Positions 40,630 to 50,245 are shown, counted from the first letter of the stretch. The stretch: DNA of 64,000 nucleotides from Nitrosopumilus sp. (GCA_965224195.1 OZ245040.1:384001-448000); one strand, 5' to 3'. Translations and numbers: made by a program. Notes: generated by a model not told the origin, from the letters alone.

Positions 40630-41029
40630 CTAATCTAATTCTTGTTTAGGTCTACCAACTCTTTTCCTTGTTTTAGGTCTACCGACTTTACGTTCTTTTC
40701 TAATTGCTTGAGTTTTATCTTTAAAATCCATCCCTTTTTCAAAAAATTCTAATATCAAAATTTTTGCTAACTTAGAAATTTTCTGTTCCAAATTTTTTTT
40801 GATAATCTACATTGTTTAAAATTTCTCCCAAGTTTTTCCCTCCAATTGTGATGTCTTTTAATTCTAAACTATCTGCAACTAATTCTTTTGCTAATGTCAA
40901 ACCGACATAGAATTTAACTCCAGAACGAATAATTTCATTTGAACTTAATCCGTACTGTTTTTTAATCCTCTCAATTTGATCAAATTCATCATCAGGAAAT
41001 CTAGCTCTGAGTGTATTCCATTCTGTCAT
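40630..41029 (-). pseudogene. Ribbon-helix-helix protein with two C-terminal AT-hooks, frameshifted
   Basis: RHH-like N-terminus; removing 1 nt at the T8/A3 run near 40790-40800 restores ...RKVGRPKTRKRVGRPKQELD* ending at 40630. Confidence 0.65.
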
Positions 41030-41075
41030 GTATTTGAAAAGTAATCTGTCCTAATAACTTATTATATTATTGATT

Positions 41076-41723
41076 TTAGAATATGTAGTTTGAATTTGCA
41101 CCATCAAAGTTTATTGTGACTCCTGAAAGATATTTTATCTCATTTTCAATTATTGCTTTAACAAAGTTTCCAATTTCTTCAGGTTCACCTAATCTTTTCA
41201 TAGGTAATGTCTTTTCAAATTCTTGAACATTTTCAATTAATTCTCGAGTTCTATCTGTGTTTATTGGACCTGGTGCAATGTTAACACAACTGATGTTGTT
41301 TTGAGCATATTCTTTGCTTAATACTTTGAAAATCTCAGAAAAGGCTGCACGATATGCTGATGAAATTATCAATTTTGAATTTGGTTCTTTAATTATGCTA
41401 GAACTAATCAAAAAGATGTATCCTCCATCATTAATTTTTATCTTTTGCAAGATTGTAACAAATCCTAAAAATAATTGATTGTGATATAATTTCCAATCCT
41501 CTTCTGTGATGGTATTGAATGGTTTTGGCTCAGGACCTCCTGTGTTTAGAACTAGAATGTCTGTCTGAGTATTTTTTTCCAAGAATTTTTTTACACTATC
41601 TAAATTTGAAGTGTCAATGTCTTTTTTTGATGCTGCAAAAACATCAATTTCTATAGATTTGAGTGCATCACAAATTGCTTTTCCAATTCCTCGTGAACCC
41701 CCAAGAACAATTGCTCTAGTCAT
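41076..41723 (-). CDS. SDR family oxidoreductase
   Basis: GGSRGIG, NTGGP, PGPINTDR and PMKRLG.PEE motifs. Confidence 0.88.
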   Translation of the reverse strand: MTRAIVLGGSRGIGKAICDALKSIEIDVFAASKKDIDTSNLDSVKKFLEKNTQTDILVLNTGGPEPKPFNTITEEDWKLYHNQLFLGFVTILQKIKINDGGYIFLISSSIIKEPNSKLIISSAYRAAFSEIFKVLSKEYAQNNISCVNIAPGPINTDRTRELIENVQEFEKTLPMKRLGEPEEIGNFVKAIIENEIKYLSGVTINFDGANSNYIF

Positions 41724-41746
41724 GCTATTCTCTAAAATCTTGACAA

Positions 41747-42007
41747 TTAAATTTCTTTAATTTCTGTTATAATTCCTAATACTGAATCCATCTTAACAAT
41801 TGCCTTTTTCTCATCCCATCCTAATGCAACATACCAATCCCCTGCATCATCATGATATTTTGTTTCCAATGTTTTGATATTATCCGGTTTTATATCATAT
41901 TTTTTTGCAATACCTGAAATGGCAAGTGCAATTGCATCTTTTTCCTTTTCTAGGCGTCTTTTCATTAATCCTATTCCTGGACTCATATTTTTTCTACAAT
42001 GTTTCAT
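41747..42007 (-). CDS. Conserved small hypothetical protein
   Basis: 86-aa ORF; start may be the later Met (MSPGIG). Confidence 0.6.
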   Translation of the reverse strand: MKHCRKNMSPGIGLMKRRLEKEKDAIALAISGIAKKYDIKPDNIKTLETKYHDDAGDWYVALGWDEKKAIVKMDSVLGIITEIKEI

Positions 42008-42105
42008 CTAATATAGTTAATTCATAAAATTACTCATAACATTGAATTTTTCTAATTTGCATCTTTACAATATTTCAAATAGCTCTATAATATCGTAGAA
42101 ACAAA

Positions 42106-42699
42106 ATGAAACTACTTACAAGACTAACAAATTCTACAATTGTAAAATCAAGTACACTTGTTTCTCTAGTCTCAATTTTAGCAGTTATTGGTCCAATTGT
42201 AATTGTTTCAGCAGGATTTTGGGATGCTATATCTCACCTTCAAAAAGAACCAGAATTTTTCTGGAGTCCATCTCACATTATAGTATACTTTGGAGTATCT
42301 ATGACCACTTGTGCTGCAATTATGGGAATTGTGTTAATAATTAGAAAATCAGTTCATGGTTCTCTTAAAACTGGAATTAAACTAGTCATTGTAGGTTCTG
42401 TTTTACAAATTATTTCAGGCTTTGGAGATTCTTTATCTCATGATCTGTTTGGAATTGATGGATTAATTTCATGGTCACATCAACCACTCGAATTAGGTCT
42501 AGTACTTGCATCATTGGGTGCAGTTTTAATTTTGAAAAATCGAGAACATACTAAACTCAAAATATTTCTTCCTTTCTCAATTGTAGCCTTTATGTTTTTT
42601 AGCACTTGGTTGATTTTTAATTTAGTGTTGTTTTTTGGACATACGATTCAATGTATTCAAATCTATGAGATATTTTCTTCTGGTTGCTCTATTTTGTAA
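42106..42699 (+). CDS. Integral membrane protein with two D-x3-H-x12-H motifs (AmoC/PmoC-like)
   Basis: About 5 TM helices; WDAISH-x12-H and GDSLSH-x12-H. Confidence 0.75.
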   Translation: MKLLTRLTNSTIVKSSTLVSLVSILAVIGPIVIVSAGFWDAISHLQKEPEFFWSPSHIIVYFGVSMTTCAAIMGIVLIIRKSVHGSLKTGIKLVIVGSVLQIISGFGDSLSHDLFGIDGLISWSHQPLELGLVLASLGAVLILKNREHTKLKIFLPFSIVAFMFFSTWLIFNLVLFFGHTIQCIQIYEIFSSGCSIL

Positions 42700-43154
42700 T
42701 TTTTTATTTTCATATATGACATAATCATCATTACTAAAGCACCCACAAGAACCATTATTCCTGATGGAAGCATTTTTTGAGAATTTGTATTTCCAAATTC
42801 TGTTTGTATGTCAATTGAATTTTTTGCAATATTTGTAATCTTTAGAGTATATTCTCCATTTCCATTAAAATCAAAATATCCAACTGACAATTTTGTTTTT
42901 ACCATTTGTTCTGCAATTACATTTTCTTTAGTATCTAATATCTGAACAAACATCTCCTCTCCTGCAAATTCAGGCATGTATAATTTGTAATATCCAATAT
43001 CTATACCAAAAAATCCTGATTTTACTTCAAAAGAGTTTGATTGTTTTAGTACAATTGAATCATATCTTTTTTCAGTTTCATCAAAAATAAATGCCGTCCA
43101 AATCATCCCTACAATTACTAATACTAATCCTAGTTTGAATGGAGATATCTTCAT
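42663..43154 (-). CDS. Membrane-anchored hypothetical protein
   Basis: N- and C-terminal TM helices flanking a beta-rich domain. Confidence 0.7.
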   Translation of the reverse strand: MKISPFKLGLVLVIVGMIWTAFIFDETEKRYDSIVLKQSNSFEVKSGFFGIDIGYYKLYMPEFAGEEMFVQILDTKENVIAEQMVKTKLSVGYFDFNGNGEYTLKITNIAKNSIDIQTEFGNTNSQKMLPSGIMVLVGALVMMIMSYMKIKNYKIEQPEENIS

Positions 43155-43196
43155 TTCATCATGCAGAGAAATAATTTACTTTATAAGATAATCTAA

Positions 43197-43271
43197 AGGG
43201 CTCGGAGGGCTTCGATCCCTCGACCTAGCGGTTCGAAGCCGCTCGCACTATCCAGACTGTGCAACGAGTCC
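43197..43271 (-). tRNA. tRNA-Arg(UCG)
   Basis: Cloverleaf; anticodon arm AGCGG-CUUCGAA-CCGCU; T arm GAGGG-AUCGAAG-CCCUC. Confidence 0.9.
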
Positions 43272-43315
43272 AAACAAGTAAGATTTTAACGGGTCTAAAT
43301 ATCTGTCTAGATACT

Positions 43316-44500
43316 TTGAAAGTATCAAAAAAAGTGGTTGGAGTCGAATATGCAATTAGAGATATCGTTCTAGCTGCTAGAAAAGTTGAACAAAAAGGAA
43401 TGAAAGTTGATTATCTCAACATTGGTGACCCCGTACAGTTTGGATTTCAGCCTCCTGATAATGTAAAACAAGCTTTGATTGATGCAATTAACGATGGAAA
43501 TAATTTTTACTCTTCATCTGAAGGTCTTTTAGAATTAAGGCAAGAAATTGCCAAAAAAGAAAATGCCAAGGGACTTTCAATTACAGCTGATGATATTCTA
43601 ATCACAAATGGAGTTTCTGAAGGACTTGATATGGTAATTTCTTCAATAGTTGAGGAAGGTGATGAGGTGTTATTACCTGGACCATACTATCCTCCATATG
43701 CTTCCTATGTTAGATTACACGGCGGAATTCCTGTAGAGTTTGCAGTAGACTTGAATAACTCTACACCAGATATCGAAGATATTAAATCCAAAATTACATC
43801 AAAGACTGTGGCAATTTGTCTAATCAGTCCAAACAATCCTACGGGTGTTGTATTTAATGAAAAAGCACTCAAAGAACTAGTAGATATTGCAAATCAACAC
43901 AATCTCTACGTTATCTGTGATGAGATTTATGATCAAATAGTTTTTGATGATAAATTTGTTGGAATTGGAAGAGTAGCTGGTGATTCACCTGTAATTGTTC
44001 TTAATGGATTCTCCAAAGTCCATCTAATGTCTGGCTGGAGAATTGGATATATCGCATTTAATCAATCTCCTCAACTTGCCGAGTTACGTGAACATTTACC
44101 AAAACTAGCAAGAGTTAGAATTGCAACTAGTCTTCCTGTACAATATGCAGCTTTGGAATCACTTCGTGGGCCTCAGGATTACATTGGTAAATTTGTTTTA
44201 GAAATGAAAAAACATAGAGACTTGGTTGTTAAACGACTAAATGAAATGCCTGGATTATCATGTTCTAATCCAAAAGGTGCATTTTATGCATTTCCAAAAA
44301 TTGAAGATAACAAATTTGGAACTGATAAAGAGTTTGTAACAAAATTATTAGAAGAAAAAGGCGTACTTGCTGTTCATGGTTCTGGATTTGGTGAACAATA
44401 TGGGAGTGGACATTTCAGATTGGTATATTTACCAAGTCTTGAAATTTTAAATTCTGCGATGAATAAAATTGAAGAGTTTGCTAGTAATTCCAAACAGTAA
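43316..44500 (+). CDS. Class I/II PLP aminotransferase (alanine/aspartate type)
   Basis: YAIRD, LNIGDP, NNPTG, DEIY and SK...GWRIG motifs; start moved to TTG 43316 to clear the tRNA. Confidence 0.9.
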   Translation: MKVSKKVVGVEYAIRDIVLAARKVEQKGMKVDYLNIGDPVQFGFQPPDNVKQALIDAINDGNNFYSSSEGLLELRQEIAKKENAKGLSITADDILITNGVSEGLDMVISSIVEEGDEVLLPGPYYPPYASYVRLHGGIPVEFAVDLNNSTPDIEDIKSKITSKTVAICLISPNNPTGVVFNEKALKELVDIANQHNLYVICDEIYDQIVFDDKFVGIGRVAGDSPVIVLNGFSKVHLMSGWRIGYIAFNQSPQLAELREHLPKLARVRIATSLPVQYAALESLRGPQDYIGKFVLEMKKHRDLVVKRLNEMPGLSCSNPKGAFYAFPKIEDNKFGTDKEFVTKLLEEKGVLAVHGSGFGEQYGSGHFRLVYLPSLEILNSAMNKIEEFASNSKQ

Positions 44501-44882
44501 ACTTTTCAGGAACAATTTCTATTATACAATCAGTATCATCTAGTAGTTCTTTTGCAGATTTATTCTCCAATGTTTTAAAATATCTTAATAGAATTTTTTT
44601 CGCAATTATTTTGACTTTAGAATTATTTAAAATAAGATTAGCATTTCCTTGTACTAGTACACCGTAAATATTTGGTGCATTAACTCCAACATCTACACAG
44701 CATGAAACTCGTTTGTTTTTTATTACATTTTGTACCTTTTTTGTTTTAGTGTTTGTTCCAATGTAGAATTTTTTTCCACTATATCTATACCAAACAGGCG
44801 CAATATGTGGAGTTTTATTTTTACCAATTGTTGCTAATCGTAATATCTTTTGATCTTTAAGAAATTCATCTCTTTTCTTCAT
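44481..44882 (-). CDS. Pyridoxamine 5'-phosphate oxidase-like (split-barrel, possibly F420-binding) protein
   Basis: LATI...PH.APVWY and K..N...N.RVS motifs; near npdG. Confidence 0.82.
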   Translation of the reverse strand: MKKRDEFLKDQKILRLATIGKNKTPHIAPVWYRYSGKKFYIGTNTKTKKVQNVIKNKRVSCCVDVGVNAPNIYGVLVQGNANLILNNSKVKIIAKKILLRYFKTLENKSAKELLDDTDCIIEIVPEKFTVWNY

Positions 44883-45099
44883 ATTTTCTAAATCCTAATG
44901 CTATCATAAAAATCCCAAAGCCTAACATTGCAACTGATACTTTTTCGTTTGTAAATTCTGCATTAAACAAAAAATCTTCAACAAAATCTATTCCCCATAT
45001 GAGCAATTGCTGTATGAGAACTATTCCTCCCATGACACAAAAAAGCACACCAATTGCAGTAAGCCAATTTTTACCCCGTCTATAATACTCGTGACTCAT
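44866..45099 (-). CDS. Small two-TM membrane protein
   Basis: 77 aa with two hydrophobic helices; overlaps the next gene. Confidence 0.7.
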   Translation of the reverse strand: MSHEYYRRGKNWLTAIGVLFCVMGGIVLIQQLLIWGIDFVEDFLFNAEFTNEKVSVAMLGFGIFMIALGFRKYEEKR

Positions 45100-45114
45100 G
45101 ATAAATGATAGAAC

Positions 45115-45786
45115 TTAGATAATTTTGATACCTGGATTCTTTATCTTGTTTCTTATCATTGCATTTAGCAACAACGGAGTAGACATTTCTGCAAGATATG
45201 ATAACTCGATTGGTCCCAAGTAAATTGATCTTAATCCTTTGATTTCATCAATCAAACCATTTACTACTGCAACTGATTCTTTATCATCTCCACAAACAAA
45301 GATATCATAATCTAATTCTAGTGTTGGATTGATCAACTTCTTTTCAGAAATTACATGAAATGCAGATACAAGTTTTGATTTATCTTTCATATGTTCTGAA
45401 ACTAGTTTGTATGAAAATGGTTTGTTTTCTTTAATTGAAACACACTCAAATCCAGCATCAGTCTTTGTCATTGGAACAATAGGAGATACAACAATACAAC
45501 TATCCTTAACTTCTGATAATATTCCTGAACATACTGTATCAATATTTTCATATGGAATTGATAAAATCAAAACATCACTTTCTTTTGCAACTGAAACATT
45601 ATCGTTTCCAGTAATTGTTCCTTTAACTTCCCCAAATGCTTCTTTTGCCAAGTTTGTATATTCTACAGCTGATTCAGATGCTCTTGCAGCATCTCTTGAA
45701 CCAATTATTACGTCATTGTTTTGGGACCATCTTAGAGCAAAGCCTTTGCCCATTCCACCAGTTCCACCAATAATTCCAACTTTCAT
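45115..45786 (-). CDS. npdG: NADPH-dependent F420 reductase
   Basis: GGTGGMGKG.A, IGSRD..RA, VSAFH and VCGDD motifs. Confidence 0.9.
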   Translation of the reverse strand: MKVGIIGGTGGMGKGFALRWSQNNDVIIGSRDAARASESAVEYTNLAKEAFGEVKGTITGNDNVSVAKESDVLILSIPYENIDTVCSGILSEVKDSCIVVSPIVPMTKTDAGFECVSIKENKPFSYKLVSEHMKDKSKLVSAFHVISEKKLINPTLELDYDIFVCGDDKESVAVVNGLIDEIKGLRSIYLGPIELSYLAEMSTPLLLNAMIRNKIKNPGIKII

Positions 45787-45837
45787 GATAATCTACCTGA
45801 CAATGTTATTATTATCTCTATTTGAAAATCGTTTAAT

Positions 45838-46461
45838 TTGGGACAGATTATCTTCCTTAGACATGGACAGGCAAAAAATAATACTGATAGAATACTAGCT
45901 GGAAGAACAGAAGGTGTCCCATTAACTGATACTGGTATTCAACAAGCAGAACATACTGCTAAATTACTAGAACACATGAATGTCTCAGCAATTTATTCTA
46001 GTCCTATACAAAGAGCAAAACATACTGCAGAAATTGTCGGTAAACATAATTCAATTGATGTAACGATTGATGAGCGATTAATTGAACTTGATATGGGAAA
46101 ATTTACTGGAATGCCATATGATGAGATTTTTACCAGTCATGGTAATGTCTTTATGAAATTTTATAATGGTGAATTAGAAATTGCTCATAACGGAGTAGAA
46201 ACTTTTGATCAAGTCAAAAAACGAGTTTTAGGGATAGTTAATCATGTTACTAAAAAGCATCCTGATGAAAATGTCGTATTAGTAACTCATATGGATCCAA
46301 TCAAGGCGATGCTTTCAACTATAGTAGATTTATCCCCTACCAATCTTTTTGAATTAATCATTGCAAATGCTTCTCTTAACATTTTCAGAGAAAAAGAACA
46401 AAAGTTCTCACTTTCCGGACTTAATGTAATGCATCCGTCTCGATTCGATCAGGGCTGGTAG
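45838..46461 (+). CDS. Histidine phosphatase family protein
   Basis: RHG, SSP..RA..TA and LVTH motifs. Confidence 0.9.
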   Translation: MGQIIFLRHGQAKNNTDRILAGRTEGVPLTDTGIQQAEHTAKLLEHMNVSAIYSSPIQRAKHTAEIVGKHNSIDVTIDERLIELDMGKFTGMPYDEIFTSHGNVFMKFYNGELEIAHNGVETFDQVKKRVLGIVNHVTKKHPDENVVLVTHMDPIKAMLSTIVDLSPTNLFELIIANASLNIFREKEQKFSLSGLNVMHPSRFDQGW

Positions 46462-46516
46462 CTAGTAATCTTGAAAACCCTTAAATAGAAATTATAGGTC
46501 ACGTCATTCAATCACT

Positions 46517-46777
46517 ATGAAGAAATTCGTTGGATTATTCTTAGTATTGGCAGTTTTGCTGATAGTCCCAGCTGTAGACTTGGTATTTGCTGCAGGTGAT
46601 GAACCAGGAGAATATCTTGATCGTAGAGTGGTTATTTGGAATTTATTTTATAGATTAATGACTGTAGGATTTACTGTAGGTGCAGTAGTCTCTGGAACAA
46701 TTATTTGGCAAGTTTGGAGATTCAGAGAATCCCATCCAAAAGCAAAACCAACTCCATATGAGGGCACAGACTGGTAA
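46517..46777 (+). CDS. Small membrane protein, probable detached N-terminal part of oxidase subunit II
   Basis: Signal peptide then IWNLF...TM...WRFRE, resembling the first COX2 TM helix; 2 nt upstream of coxB. Confidence 0.65.
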   Translation: MKKFVGLFLVLAVLLIVPAVDLVFAAGDEPGEYLDRRVVIWNLFYRLMTVGFTVGAVVSGTIIWQVWRFRESHPKAKPTPYEGTDW

Positions 46778-46779
46778 TA

Positions 46780-47211
46780 ATGAGTGGACACTCTAACTGG
46801 CCAGAATGGATTTACATCGGTGTTGTAGTAGCTCTTATGGTTTGGGTGGGTGCAGAAGCTTGGGAAGCTGAAAGACTTGTGGAACATGTTCCTGCAGATG
46901 CTGAAACAATTATTGTAACAGGGCAGCAATGGTTCTGGACTTTTGAACATGAAGATGGTACCAAAGAAATTGGAGAACTACATGTTGAAGTAGGAAAGGC
47001 GTATAAATTTGAGATTCATTCCAAAGATGTTATTCACTCTTTTAATATTCATGATTATGTTGTATTGATGGATGCAGTTCCTGGTAGAGTAAACACTGTA
47101 TGGTTTGCTCCAACTGATGCAGGAACTCATGACATTCAATGCAGAGAGTACTGTGGGTTAATTCACTATAATATGCGTGGAACTTTAATTGTGGAGGATC
47201 CAACGGCTTGA
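46780..47211 (+). CDS. coxB: Heme-copper oxidase subunit II (CuA domain)
   Basis: GQQWFW, DVIHSF and CREYCGLIHYNM CuA ligands. Confidence 0.93.
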   Translation: MSGHSNWPEWIYIGVVVALMVWVGAEAWEAERLVEHVPADAETIIVTGQQWFWTFEHEDGTKEIGELHVEVGKAYKFEIHSKDVIHSFNIHDYVVLMDAVPGRVNTVWFAPTDAGTHDIQCREYCGLIHYNMRGTLIVEDPTA

Positions 47212-47260
47212 CAACGCTTTTATCACAACTTTCAATGGTTCACACTGAGGAGACTATCTA

Positions 47261-48787
47261 ATGGTTCTAGAATTACAAAAGCCACGTCCAATTTGGCAAA
47301 TAATGTTCTCAACACATCACACTGATGTTGGTTTACTATACCTAATTACATCTCTAGCATTCTTGTTCTTAGGTGGATCCTTGGCACTTGCAATTAGAGC
47401 AGAGTTGTTCTTACCTGGTGCACAAATTATTGGTGATGCAATGACCTTTAACAGAATTTTCACGGTTCACGGTACAACATTAATTTTCTTGTTTATCATT
47501 CCATTTGCATCTGCAGTTGGTAACTACTATGTTCCAATTATGGTCCGATACAAAGACATGGCTTATCCAAAACTTAATGCAATTGCATTTTGGATGATTC
47601 CTCCTGCTGGTGCACTTATCTGGTTAGGATTTGCAGACTTTACTTGGTATGCAACACCACCATATTCTATTATCAGTGCCCCTGGCCCTGCTGCAGACAT
47701 GTGGATATTTGGATTAAAAATTCTGGGCATCTCATCAGTACTTGGTGCAATTAACTTTGTAGTTACAATTCTCAAATGTAAACATCCTGACATGTCAATT
47801 GGTCAGGTTCCATTATTAGCATGGTCTTTCTTATCGTCATCTTTGATTATTCTTGTTGCAATTCCAACATTTGCAGCAGCACTTTTGATGTTGTTAACTG
47901 ACAGACTTGGTGTAAGTGGATTCTTCAATCCTGCAATGGGCGGAGATCCAATTGCTTATGCACACTTGTTCTGGTTTACATTCCATCCTGAAGTGTATGT
48001 ATTGGTAATTCCTGCGATTGGTATGATGTATGAAATCATTCCAAGATTTTCAAGAAAACCAATTTACAGCTACAACTCTGGTGTCTTTGCATTTGTTTTG
48101 TTAGCTATTGTAGGTTTTTCATCATGGGCACACCACATGTATGCAACCGGAATGTCATTTACTGAAAAAACTGTATTTATGGTAGGAACTCTTGCAGCAG
48201 TTCCAGCATCTGCCATGCACGTATTCAACTTTGTTGCAACAATGTGGAATGGTAGAATTAAATTTTCAACCCCAATGATGTGGGCAGTTGGTGGAATTGC
48301 ATTATTCTTCTCTGCAGGTGCAGGCGGTGTTGCAAATGCTGCTATGCCATTAGACTTTACAACACACGATACATACTGGGTAGTTGGCCACTTCCATCTC
48401 TTTGTGATGGGCACAATTGCATTTGGTTCAATTGGTTTCCTATACTACATGTTCCCATATGTAACTGGAAGAATATACAATGAAACAATGGGTAAAGTTC
48501 ACTTTGTAATGTCCTTTGTAGGAACCGTTCTAGTATTCTTTACACAACACGTACTTGGCTTGTATGGAATGCCAAGAAGAATTTTCGATTATCCGCCAAT
48601 CCCAGAATGGATTGCTATGAACCAAATTGCAACAGTTGGTGCCATGATTATTGGTGTCAGTATGGCAATCTTCTTAGTAAACATCATTTACAGTTCCGGA
48701 AAAGGAAAACTTGCAAATATCGAAGACCCATTTGGTGTCGGTGGGAAATACTATTATCCATTTGAGGCAAAGAATCCACATCACTAG
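47261..48787 (+). CDS. coxA: Heme-copper oxidase subunit I (A1 type)
   Basis: HG, FWFTFHPEVY, WAHH, HFH and GMPRR motifs. Confidence 0.96.
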   Translation: MVLELQKPRPIWQIMFSTHHTDVGLLYLITSLAFLFLGGSLALAIRAELFLPGAQIIGDAMTFNRIFTVHGTTLIFLFIIPFASAVGNYYVPIMVRYKDMAYPKLNAIAFWMIPPAGALIWLGFADFTWYATPPYSIISAPGPAADMWIFGLKILGISSVLGAINFVVTILKCKHPDMSIGQVPLLAWSFLSSSLIILVAIPTFAAALLMLLTDRLGVSGFFNPAMGGDPIAYAHLFWFTFHPEVYVLVIPAIGMMYEIIPRFSRKPIYSYNSGVFAFVLLAIVGFSSWAHHMYATGMSFTEKTVFMVGTLAAVPASAMHVFNFVATMWNGRIKFSTPMMWAVGGIALFFSAGAGGVANAAMPLDFTTHDTYWVVGHFHLFVMGTIAFGSIGFLYYMFPYVTGRIYNETMGKVHFVMSFVGTVLVFFTQHVLGLYGMPRRIFDYPPIPEWIAMNQIATVGAMIIGVSMAIFLVNIIYSSGKGKLANIEDPFGVGGKYYYPFEAKNPHH

Positions 48788-48796
48788 GAGATTAAA

Positions 48797-49795
48797 ATGA
48801 GTAACGAAACTGAACATCCACCAAACGAACCAGCACACCCAGTATACAGGACAACTCCAGCTAGAACTGGAAAGATGATGATAATCATGTTAGGTATCTG
48901 CATTGCTGGTGGAGCAATCTTCTTTGGAATGTGGGATTATTGGATATCAGAACCAGCCCCAGTTGTAGCAATGATGGCAGGTGATTCAGCAACAGCAGGT
49001 CCAGCAGCACACACTGGTGATACCATTACTTCAGATCTTTCGTTTATAGAATCATCCGACTTTAGGACTTATGCATTTAACGCATTGCCTGGAGATCCTA
49101 ATAACAATCCGACAATCAATATGGAAGTTGGTGATAAAGTCATCTTTAATGTAGTCAATGATGGAATAACATTCCATTCATTTGGTGTGACAAAAGCTGA
49201 TGAAGGAGTTTCAGGAATAATTCCTGATTCTGAAATTGCATTAGCCACAAATCCTTTGAAACCAGGAGAAGATGGCTCATCAGAATTTGTTGCTGGTGAA
49301 GAAGGAATTTACTATTACATTTGTACTGTTCCAGGTCACAGAGACCTGGGAATGGTTGGTGAAATTATTGTAGGTGATGTTGCAGTACCTGAACCAGTTG
49401 TTGAGGAAACACCTGAACCAGTTGTTGAGGAAACACCTGAACCAGTTGTTGAGGAAACACCTGAACCAGTTGTTGAGGAAACACCTGAACCAGTTGAATT
49501 TAGCGGTGTAATTTCACTTCCAGAAGGATCTGGTGTACTTGGGTGTGAAGAAACAAATGAATGCTTTATTCCATTTAATGTCTCAGTTTCAGCAGGCGAA
49601 GAAATTACTTGGTCAAATGATGATTCTGCAGCTCATACTGTAACAAGTGGATCACCAGGAGCTTCTGATGGAATCTTTGATAGTAGTTTGTTTTTAGCAG
49701 GTGATACATTCTCTGTAACTCTTGATGAATCTGGTGAATATCCTTACTTTTGTATGGTTCATCCTTGGATGATTGGTAATATCACAGTAAATTAG
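48797..49795 (+). CDS. Membrane-anchored protein with two type-1 blue-copper (cupredoxin) domains
   Basis: HSF...CTVPGHRDLGM and HTV...CMVHPWM ligand sets; acidic repeat linker. Confidence 0.9.
   Translation: MSNETEHPPNEPAHPVYRTTPARTGKMMIIMLGICIAGGAIFFGMWDYWISEPAPVVAMMAGDSATAGPAAHTGDTITSDLSFIESSDFRTYAFNALPGDPNNNPTINMEVGDKVIFNVVNDGITFHSFGVTKADEGVSGIIPDSEIALATNPLKPGEDGSSEFVAGEEGIYYYICTVPGHRDLGMVGEIIVGDVAVPEPVVEETPEPVVEETPEPVVEETPEPVVEETPEPVEFSGVISLPEGSGVLGCEETNECFIPFNVSVSAGEEITWSNDDSAAHTVTSGSPGASDGIFDSSLFLAGDTFSVTLDESGEYPYFCMVHPWMIGNITVN
49388..49496 (+). repeat. Intragenic perfect 24-bp tandem repeat, about 4.5 units (PEPVVEET)
   Basis: cctgaaccagttgttgaggaaaca x4 plus 13 nt. Confidence 0.95.
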
Positions 49796-49807
49796 AATCG
49801 AATAATT

Positions 49808-50245
49808 TTGGCAATTCAATACCTCGCATTAACAACATTGATTGTTTTGTATTCGTTGATGTTTATTGGTGGATATATTTCAGCAGCTGGACTTGGATTA
49901 ACTTGTCCTGAATGGCCCTTATGTCCTAATGGAATAATGCCTTCTGAAGAATATCTTGTTGAATGGGTTCACAGAACGACTGCTGCAATCACTGGGGCAT
50001 TGGTAATTGCAACTATGGTTGCTAGTCTAATTAACAAGAATGCAGATTTAAAAATTAAAATTACAAGTTCTCTTGCAACTGGATTAGTAATTACTCAAAT
50101 TACCTTGGGTGCCTTGGTAATTGATACAAAACTTCACGCAGTACTAGTTGCAATCCATTTAGGAATAGGGATTTGGCTATTTGCTATGGTGTTACTAACT
50201 GTATTATTTGCATTTAGAATTTCAAAATCTAAATCAACTACTTAG
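49808..50245 (+). CDS. ctaA: Half-size heme A synthase (COX15/CtaA)
   Basis: GLTCPEWPLC, EWVHR, Q..LG and H motifs; 4 TM helices. Confidence 0.85.
   Translation: MAIQYLALTTLIVLYSLMFIGGYISAAGLGLTCPEWPLCPNGIMPSEEYLVEWVHRTTAAITGALVIATMVASLINKNADLKIKITSSLATGLVITQITLGALVIDTKLHAVLVAIHLGIGIWLFAMVLLTVLFAFRISKSKSTT

Noticed and set aside
42106-42699. Calling this gene amoC
   Set aside because: Only the motif spacing and one short segment resemble AmoC; the sequence is otherwise dissimilar and no amoA/amoB are nearby
43259-43315. Aminotransferase start at 43259
   Set aside because: Overlaps tRNA-Arg; TTG 43316 is more plausible
49388-49496. Possible CRISPR array
   Set aside because: Contiguous in-frame repeats with no spacers, and no cas genes in the window
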